Shown piece after piece: positions 45,200 through 57,100 of a DNA stretch of 64,000 bases. The DNA is taken from IMG/VR virus record IMGVR_UViG_3300024255_000011, positions 1 to 64,000 of that record. One strand, written 5' to 3'. How positions within the stretch are numbered: position 1 is the stretch's first letter; the number at the start of each line of letters is the position of its first letter. Source of the stretch: a virus. Made by a program: the position numbers and the translations under genes. The notes under the pieces are model-generated. The model did no database searches and was not told the origin of the DNA. It saw only the letters and a list, made by a program, of their open reading frames with translations.

Positions 45200-47931
45200 T
45201 AGCTGACCCTCAATTGTAATTGAGAACTACTACTACTGTAGTAAAATCCACCCACCTCGACGTTACTTTGTTGGCTTTCTCCCAGATAACAAACTTGATC
45301 ACCTGGGATAAATGGAGTGGCTTTTGTTGAAGTAGGTACCCATGCGCCCCCTTCACCCTTTTCAGGGTCCCAAATTAAACTGTGGCCATCTTGAAGGTCT
45401 TTTCCGTCACCATAATCAAAATCTTGTAATTCGTTCGCTGAAATCTTGTAAACATCAACAGAGACCTGACCATTCTCATCGGTCGACATCTTCAGATTGT
45501 TAGACCGCGATACTAAGTATGATGTCTTGTTGGCTAGCCCGCTTCCGCCACCGCCGGTTTGAGGGTATTCACACCATAAGAAATCCTTATTAACAGCATC
45601 GGTGCCAAAGATACATCGATCCACATTTTGGATTGTCTTACCTAAAACATTTAAAATTTTATCTCGGATTTCCAGTGTAGGGGTTTCTGAGAATGAGAAG
45701 GTAAAGTTTTGACTGTTAGTGTTAACAAAGGTTACACCATTCGCATTTGCCACCGCTGGATAGTAAGTTGAAGTCGCTTTCTCTCCGTCGAATTTAAAGA
45801 AGGTTCTATCTCCATTATCCTCATGTAATAAAAGGTCCCTATGTCCAATTGTAGTTTTACCAGTATTTTCAACTGAGAATAACTTATAACCTTCTGTGGT
45901 GTGTATTTTGAGTCCGTCCTCAGCAGTAGCACTTGGGATTCTGATGTGCAAACGACCTGTCATATTATCACCTGACTTGAATACAAACAAGTCATTGACA
46001 TCATCAAGGGTCAGACCAGAGGTTTTATCATAGAACTTAATTTTGTAATTAAATCCCTGTTGGATAACATCAGAGTTCTTAAAGAGTTCAACACCAGTGA
46101 TGATCATTACACCATTAGGCTTCACCTCCATTGCTACAGATCTATAAACTGCGTATGCAGTCGTTCTTGCATCTGAAGATGAGATTTCAAAATAATCACC
46201 AACCTTTAGGAGTGCACCAAAATCAAGTGTAACAGGATCATCAGAACCAATCACTGATGTCCTGGGATCAATAACAACAACGTCTACGTCTCTTTGTTCT
46301 GTATTACCACCATCAACCTGGTAATCTTGAACAAAAGTTTTCCAATCAAAGATCTTACTTTCTGAGTAAAGAGGATCATTTGAATCTGCAGGTTTAATAG
46401 TTGCCGCAATACATTGAGCCCAAAAAAGACCATTTTCGTATTCAGTTGGGTCATAACTACTAGCGTCGCCCACGTCATATCCTGGATAATGTTTGGACGT
46501 ATTTGTTGGATCCTCAATATCATATCCTATATTAAGACTATCATCACATTCTGATGACTCTCCATCTAAAAGCATCCTATACTGGAAGACATCAGTGGCG
46601 TTTGCCAGTGTATCGATTCTCTGACTGACGTCTGTAATCTTATTATCCAACAATGAATCCATCAGATCCACATAGGCTCTAGGAGGGATAATACCAGGGT
46701 TAGCAGAATACTCTGGACTAATCAGGTTAGGGGGGAATAGATATTCTGAGGCTTTCTCAAGTACTACTCTGTCAGTGATAGTGGTGAACGCTGGGGTTGT
46801 AATGGCTCCCAGGTCATCAAATACTTCTGGTTCATACTTAATTTTTGTTGCACCATTGTGGTTAATGTGCCATGGTCCATTGAAATTGAATTTAGTTATT
46901 TCATTGGTAACAATATTAACAATATTCTCTTTAGGATTTGTGATTTCCAAGACTGGAAAATTCTGATCTAACTGAGAGAATCCAGTGATTTTGAAGGTTG
47001 GTCCAATGACTGGGTTTGTCGTTTGGATACCAGTTGTAAGTGCAGCTTGAATTGGGTTATTTACATCAGTGATGGATACAAACAACCCTCCACTCATAGA
47101 GTCACCAATCTTATTGACATATACTTTATCTAACGTGCTCTGTAGATCGATGACTAGCTTTACAAGATATCTGTTATCGCCATCTTGTACAGAAGGTTTT
47201 CCTAACAGAGGTTGTGATGCAACATGCTCAACATCAAACTGATACAGATAAGAAGGATCAGACTGTGTGCTGTTGGCCTCAAGAACTTTTGGGCCAATGT
47301 TTATGATCTTATAAAAACCATAATTAAAATTATCAACAACATCATTACCATTACCATCCTTAGTAATGTTTATAATCTCAATTAGAGACCCGAGGGTAGC
47401 TAGATCTAGATCGATCTTTTCGCCAACTGCTGGGGTGTCACTGATGAACACAGACAGTACATCTTGCCATAGATAATTAGATGTAGCGAGATAGAATTTT
47501 TTTCTGGAATCCTCAATCGTACTACCTGCAATGCTGTCACTATAGACAGGCAAGATAGATCTCTTACAAGCATCAAATTCTTCACCGATTGTGCCTGCAC
47601 AATTATTGGCACTCAGAACCTCAAAGTTTCCTGCGGCAACTGCATCAATCGCGTATGTGTACTCGTGTTGGATAAGAGTATCATAAAGTTCATTAGAGAT
47701 CTTGACAATTCTGTCAGTCAACCCATCAATCTGGGCGTAAATTTCAGAATCTCCATCCTTTCTGTCTTGAATTTCTCCTTCAATCTTTTGATCTAGTTCA
47801 CTCAGATCTGTATTGAAATCGTCAAGTACGTATCCTGCGATATCAGAAAGGGTAGTAGTTCCTTTTTTATATCGTTTGGATCCGCCATCACCTCTTTGAA
47901 CGTAAAACTGATCGTTTGGTAAAAGTGCCAT
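45199..47931 (-). CDS. Tail-fibre-like protein (910 aa)
   Basis: N-term NDQFYVQRG; YVNKIGDSMSG and KSGDNMTG fibre motifs; 'DAVNKDF'; C-term GGFYY...LQLR. Confidence 0.7.
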   Translation of the reverse strand: MALLPNDQFYVQRGDGGSKRYKKGTTTLSDIAGYVLDDFNTDLSELDQKIEGEIQDRKDGDSEIYAQIDGLTDRIVKISNELYDTLIQHEYTYAIDAVAAGNFEVLSANNCAGTIGEEFDACKRSILPVYSDSIAGSTIEDSRKKFYLATSNYLWQDVLSVFISDTPAVGEKIDLDLATLGSLIEIINITKDGNGNDVVDNFNYGFYKIINIGPKVLEANSTQSDPSYLYQFDVEHVASQPLLGKPSVQDGDNRYLVKLVIDLQSTLDKVYVNKIGDSMSGGLFVSITDVNNPIQAALTTGIQTTNPVIGPTFKITGFSQLDQNFPVLEITNPKENIVNIVTNEITKFNFNGPWHINHNGATKIKYEPEVFDDLGAITTPAFTTITDRVVLEKASEYLFPPNLISPEYSANPGIIPPRAYVDLMDSLLDNKITDVSQRIDTLANATDVFQYRMLLDGESSECDDSLNIGYDIEDPTNTSKHYPGYDVGDASSYDPTEYENGLFWAQCIAATIKPADSNDPLYSESKIFDWKTFVQDYQVDGGNTEQRDVDVVVIDPRTSVIGSDDPVTLDFGALLKVGDYFEISSSDARTTAYAVYRSVAMEVKPNGVMIITGVELFKNSDVIQQGFNYKIKFYDKTSGLTLDDVNDLFVFKSGDNMTGRLHIRIPSATAEDGLKIHTTEGYKLFSVENTGKTTIGHRDLLLHEDNGDRTFFKFDGEKATSTYYPAVANANGVTFVNTNSQNFTFSFSETPTLEIRDKILNVLGKTIQNVDRCIFGTDAVNKDFLWCEYPQTGGGGSGLANKTSYLVSRSNNLKMSTDENGQVSVDVYKISANELQDFDYGDGKDLQDGHSLIWDPEKGEGGAWVPTSTKATPFIPGDQVCYLGESQQSNVEVGGFYYSSSSSQLQLRVS

Positions 47932-47935
47932 TTTA

Positions 47936-48157
47936 TTAAATCTCGGTTAAATCCTGAACATCAAAGTCGGTAATAATATTACCTTTAGATGCAATGTGAG
48001 TAATTGGTAAGTTTGCCACGAACTCTACAGAATCGAATCCGACAAGTTCCCAACGGTTCTTGCCTTCACTATACTGCCAAGTTCTGTTGATTTGGGTACC
48101 ATTTACGATGTTGGTACCATTATCAACTGAGGGGTCTGTTGGAAACGGTAGTGCCAT
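47936..48157 (-). CDS. Small adaptor protein
   Basis: N-term FPTDP..G...WQY.....W anchor motif; C-term FDVQDLTEI. Late promoter at 48174-48180. Confidence 0.65.
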   Translation of the reverse strand: MALPFPTDPSVDNGTNIVNGTQINRTWQYSEGKNRWELVGFDSVEFVANLPITHIASKGNIITDFDVQDLTEI

Positions 48158-48183
48158 GTTTTTTAGTTTTAGTTATTTATTAG

Positions 48184-51100
48184 TTATTCATCGGGATGAG
48201 GTGGGTTGTCATATTGATGTATTGGTGCCAAATTAGAAATGACGAAAGTCCTACCAGTTTTAACATTATCCTCACCAACCCAGATACATGCCGAAATACC
48301 TTTAAAGTGAACTCCAGCTGGGATCTTTTGATCACCCATAAGTCTCATATGAATGAGGTTATTGTTTTTATTGAGTTGGTTCATCTGATGATTAGATGAA
48401 GTATTATCGAAGCTGTTTCTGAACTTGTAGTTTGTAGAGCTGTCTGGAGTAAGTTTAACTGCAACACTCTTAAGAATTGTGTCGGGTTCCAAAAGATCTG
48501 GAACATCAAAACTTAGATGCATCTGAACAATCTGCCAGTTTCCTGCGTTTTCTGTTTTGCTATTGTAATCATAGAATAACATGTCAAACTCGATACCAGG
48601 TATGAATTCTCCATTGGGTATCTTAAAACCAAATGGGTCTTTCTCGGTACCATTAAGTATCTCCCAACCATAGCAGTGGTTAGATGAATTAGATGAATAC
48701 ATCACATCTGTGGTTAACCCAGCTCCTCTGACACTAAAGATATTGTCAATATTATTAGCGGAACCAAAAGTGGTTGGATAAGAAGTGACATTGCGTCCAC
48801 TATCATAGTTGGAAGCTAACTTGTATTGGGCTCCTGCGTATGATTTCCAGAAACCTTGTTTACCCATTTGAGGTGAGTATGTCAAGCTAGGTTGGAACCA
48901 CTTCTTTCTGATATCAAATCCAGTCAATTGACGATTTTCATCAATCGAAGTGTCAATGGCATATGATCGATATGAAGTAGTACTAGTTTTGTAGGGGTCA
49001 TCAAGTTCTACGTTTCTGAACCCAGTATCACCGTCCCATGGAACATATTTACGTAATGCCTTTCTGACATTGCCACCATCCAACTGAGTGTAATTGAATC
49101 CATGAGTTGCAGTCAAGTTCATGACTTCGAACTCTTTTTTGAGCGTGTTATCACCAGTAGATTTGACACACTTTGCATTTGTCAAATGGAACAAGTATCC
49201 ATTGTGTCTGACTCTCATTATTCTAGCCCACGCTCTGACAGCATGGTCTGCAACAAAGTTGAAATATATTGGATCATTACTTAACCCAGTATAGAACTCT
49301 TCATCATTTGTAATGTACTCTGGGTTAAATGGATCACCATATGTACGTTTATTATCTTCAGTAATCTCAATCTTTTTCCTTCTGATTGGATACTTGTTTC
49401 CAGGTCCTTCATCTACCATCTCAAGTAGAGTTTCGAATGGTGCCATCGCGGCGAAGTATAGCAAGAACCCAAGTAGAGCCGCCAACAGTGCTGCAATTGC
49501 CATGAGGATTTCCTTCAGGAAGGGAATATCATCAAGGTGAAGATCTTTATGTACCCTCTTATATTTCCAAGGACTTAAGTGACCATCTGGACTCCAAGTT
49601 TTTGGGTTAATACCACTCGTTGGCGTGTTTTTATTACTCTTGTCGCAAACAACAAAGAATATATAATCATACCCTATTGGAGCTGTAAGAGTAAACTTTT
49701 TGTCTACTTTTGAATTTGGATCCAATACTCTACTATTATACTTGAAATCAGTCTTAGTCGGCCGCTTATCACCAAAGGGATTGTTGGGCCCGTCTCCAAC
49801 AGATTTACACCACACAACTTGATACCTAAGATCTTTTGATTTCGTGTTGTTGTTATAAGACGGAACACCACTTTCCATCCATGAAGCATACTTAAACTCA
49901 TAAGTACTACCACCAATAATCTTACCACCATTTTTAGGAGGTTGTGCGGCACTATATCTCCATCTTGTTTCTGAGAGATCGAACTCTTTGCCTGATACTA
50001 GATTTTTGTTTCCAGGGAAAGACGGACCTCTTTGCCACTCTTTCTTTTTGATACGAACAGGTACTTCCTCTCCGCGTGGACTCCAGTCTTCAAATGATCT
50101 ACCGGAATCAGCATCGAAGTTACCAACACCAAAGATAATATACTTCGGATGTACATCCTCGTGAGGCTCAATTGGAACGGTACTTCCCTTTGCTGAGCGT
50201 TTAGCGAATGTGCCTTGATAATGGAAATAGAATCTATCATTATTATCATTCGGACTCAAATGCTTTCTCTCCTCAACCACAAACACGGACAGAGCGAAAT
50301 CGATATTTTGTGTGAGTTCAACATAGAAGTCATCAAGGTGAGCATCACCATTGATACTCAATGTATTCAGTGGTTTGATCCACTTAGAATCCGTAAACTC
50401 TGGTAAATATTGTTTCCCCGGTGCTCCTGGTTGGTCCCAAGTATGACCAGTATCACCCCAATAGGCGGGCCCAGTTATTGAATCTACCTCTCTGAAGGTC
50501 AATGGTGAAGGTTCTCCCTTAGGACTCCAATCAGTAACTAGAGGAGTTTCGTGTATGGCCTTGATGTATGTTGCAGACAGGATGAGGCCATCCTTGGAAA
50601 CGTCGATATTGATTTCCTGTTGGGTGTCCTGAAAATTTGCAATCTTCTTAAATTGTAGATCAACCCTATTTGTTAATGGATTTAAGGGATCTGGATTTTG
50701 GGTTGGATCAAACTCATAAATTTGGATTTCTTGGAAGTGAGCGAGCGCAGTCGCTGATTTTGGTTTAACTTGGTATCTACGACCAGCTTTGACCTTAATG
50801 TATCTCAGAGGTGATTCGAAATGAGTGTTACCAAATTCAGGAGGATCTACAGCTTCTTGTTCACCACCCCAATACAGGGGCCCTTCAGTTTTCCACTTTT
50901 CTTGTTCTTTAAATTTAAAACGAACAGGTTCCCCATCTCTATTAAATTTTCCAATAGCTTGCTTGCCATACCAACCATAGAATATCCTTGTTACTCCCTT
51001 AGGAGTCTTAAAGGTCATGCCATCACTCTGAGTGTCGGTTGTAATTACTGGACCCTTTTCATAGAACATATCCCTTACTTTGTCGGGTATATGATAGCTA

Positions 51101-54100
51101 TTATCGACAATGAGCCAACGAAGTAGATCCTCTGGGTGTGTACCTTGTAGTGGGATGGGAGGCCAAGACTTCGTATTATCACTTTCATCCTCAGCCCATT
51201 GTTGCATTTGGGCCCAGTTATTTTTGTTATCGTCTTTGATGTACCATATCTGATACGTACCACCTGATGAATTGAAGTCTGTATTCTTTTCAATAGTGTA
51301 GTAGGTTTCTGCCTTGACAGAATGTGTATTGAGACCTTTATAAAAATGGGGATCTGCTACAGATGGGAAGGTGTCCTTGCCCGATGAGTAGTATGCTGGC
51401 CCACTATAGGGCATCTCAGTCAGTGCCTCAAACTTGTGGTTGGTGGGTTCACCACTCTTACTCCAACTGTCTGGTCCTCTTTCAGAAGCATCGAAGTCAA
51501 ATGCACCAAAGACAATGGTGTCATTTTCTGCAGTGAAATCAAAGTGAGACAATTGTCTGTTTACATATCTACCAGCAACCCAATCTCTAAAGTTTGATGC
51601 ATCAGGCTTCAACTGTTTGATTTTATTTGAACTCCACATACGCATCTCATGAGGAAGATGGAGTTTATAATCATCAGGTTTGTAGATGTTATTATTGTAT
51701 ACATCATTTTGAAGTTTAGTGATCCTATACCTTCTACCTTTCCTGATGTTTGGTTCATCGTTCTTTTCGCCTAGAACAAAAGTATCACCATAGTAGTAAT
51801 CATTTTGTCCACCAGCAGAATGTGTTGGGTCTTCACCCCTCTCAATGTTAGGATACGCGTAGTAGTCAGTTACGTGCGCTCCTGGTTGGAATCCAGGGTT
51901 TGGAAGGTGTCCCTCCTGATCATACCCAGCCCAGTAAGCGGGACCTTGGAGCTCCTCAAGAGGCTCCTCTTTCCAGTAGACTCTAAGGTTTTCTCCTCTT
52001 GGATTCCATCCAGTTAGACCTGTACCTCCTTCTGATACTCTCCTTGCTCCAGTATGCCATGCACCTGATACTACCACACTCCAATTGTAGTCAATAATTT
52101 CTGGGAAGGTGAAATAAATTGCATTATCCTCACCATTGAAACTTCTATTATTGCGTTGGTGCCAGGCCCATCTATCTTCAACAGGAACATCCTGGTTACC
52201 ACAAACACCCATCATCCTAAAGTCTTTATTACCTGGTACGTTTAGGTCTCTTGGTGCTTGACCAAGAAGGAAAACGTGCATGTAGTTGGGGTTTGGTTTT
52301 TCAAGAGTAGGGTCAGCGGATGTCCATATCTTATACCTCTTACCTGGTTGCCATTGTACAGCAGTGCCTTCGTCAGTTGGTACCGCACCATTCAGAGGGT
52401 TAACCCAATGATTATTCTTAAGTTGATCAGTTGTTACGAGTGAGTACTTATTTGGATATGTCGCATCATTTTCCCAGTCAATCCAGTACTGAGACATATC
52501 ATTCGCATCTTTTTTGACCTCTCTGTACAATTCCAAGTAAAGAGGTTCACCTTTTTTAGACCACTGTTCCTCAGATTTGCCAGCAGCATATACCTTATAT
52601 TGAATATATTCTGATTGACAGAAGATGGTAACTACCTGCTCATCGTTAAGCCCTGATCTCCATACAAACTCCTCCATCTGGAATTCTTGAGCATCATTCT
52701 GAGACAGACCCTCCCTCTTAATGAATCTAAAGACAATATCAACGTTTGGTGTTCTGGCAGTTTTCTTAAATGCATATAGAATGCGTTGATTGGCGGGAGG
52801 TGGATTCTTAACGTCTATGATATCATCAGAGTTAATGTCAAATACACGTTCATATTGTTTTTTGGTTTGATCACTTTCATATAATTGACCCTCTAATTCT
52901 GACTGTGTTTGTCCGTCTAACCTTAGGATCTCTTTCATCTCTTGTGTGAGATGTATCATTGGTTTGTCGTACCTTGACCAGTTAGGTTCTTTGGGGTTAT
53001 TGCTGCTGTAAACTTCTTCGGAAGCCCAGAATCCACAACCTGTAACATCAGGCACTTCAGTGATTTCTACATCAATCCCTTCACCAAATCTACTCCAATA
53101 TTCATTAATGGGTCTGTCTACTAGGGGATTGCCCTTGTCATCATCTGTTTGGTCATAACGGAATGCACCAAAGAATAGGTAGTCTCCTTGAGCTTCAACC
53201 TCAATTGTTTTTGAAGCCCCTGAGTGTTTTGGTCTCAGAAGCAAAGAGTTATCATCTTCGTAGTGGTAAAACTTTCTGTTGGGATCACTACCAATTTCTT
53301 TATTTCCGAAACTAGGATCTTCGTAGTAATTAGGTTGAATACATCTATCATCTGTCCCCCAAATTATTCTATGGGTGTAGATCATGTTATCCCCAGGTGT
53401 GATATGGTATTTTCTACCTTTCCTTACCCTAATTGAGTTGTATGTCTCATTGTAATCATTCAAAGGGAAGTTATAATATGCACTATTGAAGTCTGGATAT
53501 CCTCTAAATCCCTTTCTGACATCAGTAACTGATCCAAAATCTCCAAATGCCCAGTAAGCAGGACCTTTTCTCAAGTCTCTGTTGCCCCTCGCACCACCCA
53601 TGTGCTCAATTGATACCTCTGGGGCTTGATTTACATGGTCACTTGTACTGATAGACACTGGCTCACCATTATTTTTCCAGTCTGCCTTAACACGGTTCGT
53701 GTTTCTGGCATGAAAGATCATATGACTAGAAGGAGGTGTGACAACAAACCCATTGTAATCATTCTTAAGTATAGTTCCACCGTAAATGAAGTTTACATGA
53801 TCATCTGGGAGATCTTTTTCTGGGAAGTTGTCAACATCAAGTCCGTGATTTGTCTCAAGTACAAAGTAAATGTCATAATCATACTTGGTTCTAGTGTCTA
53901 GTTCACCAGTATTAACATCACCTGAGTACGCAGAAACTTTTAATCTTTCGCCTTCTTCTACACGCACATTATTTGGTCTCTGACCAAAGAGACCATCAAA
54001 ATCTTCGCCAGGCAGATATCTATTAAAATGATTCAGTGGTGTTTGCCACACATCATCATGGAAATTGGGTCTTTCTCTGTTGATATGGAGCTCACCCCAG

Positions 54101-57100
54101 TATCCTGGACCATGAATCCATTTTGCTCTGTCAATTTTTTCTGTAATCGTCCAAGGTTCACCTCGGTTACCCCAATCCTCTTGATCTATTCTATCAGGAG
54201 CTATAGCACCAAGCAGTATCTGAGCGTCTCTATTGGCCAACTGAAATGTTCTGTAGTTTTCGTATCCAGTTCCCTTAACAAAGGTTCTTTCTGTCCACTC
54301 ACGTCTCCAAGAATCATCACCATCATTGGAAATATCAGTACCCTCTGGGTACTCTGAGACCCATAACTTCTGTTTAATTGGTGCTGGTCTCGATCTCAAC
54401 TCCTCGTAAATATTATCTTCTGGTGGAATACCATAAATTCTGTAGTATCCAGGTTGACCAACATATTGCTGACCTTTACCTGCCGACTCATGTGAAATTG
54501 GCTTAATCCAATATTCATCATTCAAGTCTGGCAGTTGACCAATACTCCAACCATATGGTTTGGTGTCAAGTACCGCGGCAGTCTGAACGTCGGAATAATA
54601 TGTGGCACCTTTGATCTCCGTTCCATCATATCCATCATAAGGATCGCCCTTAATTTTTGGTGTTACAAGTACATCAATATACTTACCCTCATTAAGTTTA
54701 CCTTCATAGTCAATACCCATGTAATTATATCCAGGTGGGTAGTATTCCCTCTTTACTTTCGATCCTTTTTTGGTGTTGTTGACCCCAAACCACTGCCAGA
54801 ATGAAGCACGCATGTACCTTTTCTTGGGTTTATACGATTTGTATCCTGTAGCGTTCCTCTTGTCGCAGTTATATCCCTCAACGGTTGGGCCTTGACTATC
54901 TCCAGCAACCCAAGGACCATCTTTAGTGCTTGCAAACCACCAAGTAATACCAAAGTCAGACGGACCTTTATGTTCGCACTTTGGTACAATGAAATTGTAA
55001 TAGATACTCATTTCATCGTCACTAAATGGCCCATAAGTATGACAAATATTAGTAGGAAGTTTGTCGTACATTGACCAATCTGGCATGGCTGCAGTACTTC
55101 CAGATGGAACACAGTACAATCCACGCCATTCTTGTGCAGTAAAATCTGGTCTATTATCATAGTAGTTGGTCACCAGAATGTCTACACCAGGTTCAGCTTC
55201 AGTGGCTACTCTGTTTCTTGCGTCGAATGTGGCAGGCTCTGGTGCTGGCCCATCATACAGTGAGTACACATCAAAATTTACACTACCATCGTGTTCGTGT
55301 CTGTCCAACACAGTGATAATTTCTTGTCCATTACTATCATATGTGCGGTATTCGCACTCTGAATATTTGAAATAGTTAGAGATTTGTCCGCCTGCATCCA
55401 TGCAAGCATCGCACCATCCGAAATGTCCTTTATTATATTGATCTGATGTGTATACAAATCCTGTTTCCAGAACTACAGCCAAAGCTCCATTGACATATCT
55501 GAACTTTGATGCTCTCTTTTCTTTTGTAACATCACGAATGAAGTTAATAAGATTCAGTTGATCGTTGTCAGTATTTCTATCAAGTAAATACTCACCAATT
55601 TGCTCAAAGTCGAAGTCTTGATTGAGTACCCTTGTGGCCTCTCTATTTCTGATGATATATCCTGTCAGAAGGTTATTGATAACCTCCCTCCAGCTGAGAT
55701 CTTCACCATTCTTAATTTTTTGAGAAATGTTATCAACAGATACAATTACTTTATGATCGTATTCTTTTTCTACACCAAGTTGTTTATTGATATAGAAGTT
55801 GGTCATATCATACAGAACAGCAAGTGCAGTATGAGTTTGTGGGTCATCAGTAATTTTGCGTGCAGATAATTTCCTAAACGATCCACGTTTGATAATTTCT
55901 TTGAGGTTAAATCCAAACTCACTAAAGTTATTTGAAATGGATTTCTGAATCGCATTGCACTTATCGATGGCATTTTGAATGATTGCCTTGTCGTGATCGT
56001 TATACTCGCCTGTCCCGCCACCTGTTGGGTCCTCTAACTCATCAAGATTGAAAGACCCAACGCCTTCGGCTTCGGGAGTTTCTGAAGGTGGTCTCCAGTC
56101 AGGCCTGTCCCCAGTAATTTCACTAATGAGCTCAATTAGAGTCATGTCCTCAAGGGCTTCCATTGCTTCTTGAAGTTTTTTGACATTAGCTTCAAGAAGA
56201 CCAGAAGAGGTGTCAATCCTATTCATTGTATAGGCAAACTTTATACCTACGTTTGATTTCGTTTCCGCAGAGACGTTATAGTGTGATCTAAAAAATCCTG
56301 ACATGCCAACGACGCCATAGTCAAGACCTTCCGTTGGTTGATTTGGATATCCCATTTGATCCCTGCCCCTACTGTTTCCAAGGACAAACACCCATTTTCG
56401 ATCCGATTCATTATCTTCATAAACCATACCAGAACCTTTCGGTTGATCGGCGAACGCATTGTTTCCACCAGGCATGGAATGGAATCCAGCTCTTAGATAT
56501 AAATCGCAGTTACTTGGGCCATTGGTCAGCTTACCAGACTGCCATTTGTCCATGGACTTATGGATAGTAGTTCCAACTCTATCCATAGCATCGACTGCAT
56601 CTTCCTTTTTATCTAAGAAAGGGTGCACCCAAATAAACTTCTTTGGTTCTGCAGTAATAAACTTAACTACCTTTTCTGGTAAGTTCAAAATCCTGTGGGG
56701 ATTCATTGGTTCATTATCAATACCATCTGGCATACCCAGTTTTACGAGTCTAACCTTGAGTGAATTCTGAGTTTGGTATCCATTTTCTGGGGCTACAGTA
56801 TAATTCTTATAATCCCATCCAGACCTATACCAGATTTCTAATCCTGGACATTCTGGAAATTGATGTATACTATCAACATTGATATTTTCTGGGCTCCAAG
56901 GTTGACTTTCATCTAGTTTAATTTGACCACCGTGACAAAAGATAACATCCCTCAATATATCACCAGGCAACCATGCTGCTTCTTCTAGTAACTCATTGAG
57001 TGTTTCTTCGTCAATATCAATGTTATCGAATATCGGGTTACTGACAGTAGACACACCACTACCTATAGTGGATACTGTGACGTCGTCTACAATTTGATAA

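Noticed and set aside
10623-47936. Stop-codon readthrough fusing the split-motif gene pairs
   Set aside because: Junction gaps are 2, 1, 5, 4, -1 and 19 nt, none in frame, and I saw no common slippery site. Protein-level docking is simpler.
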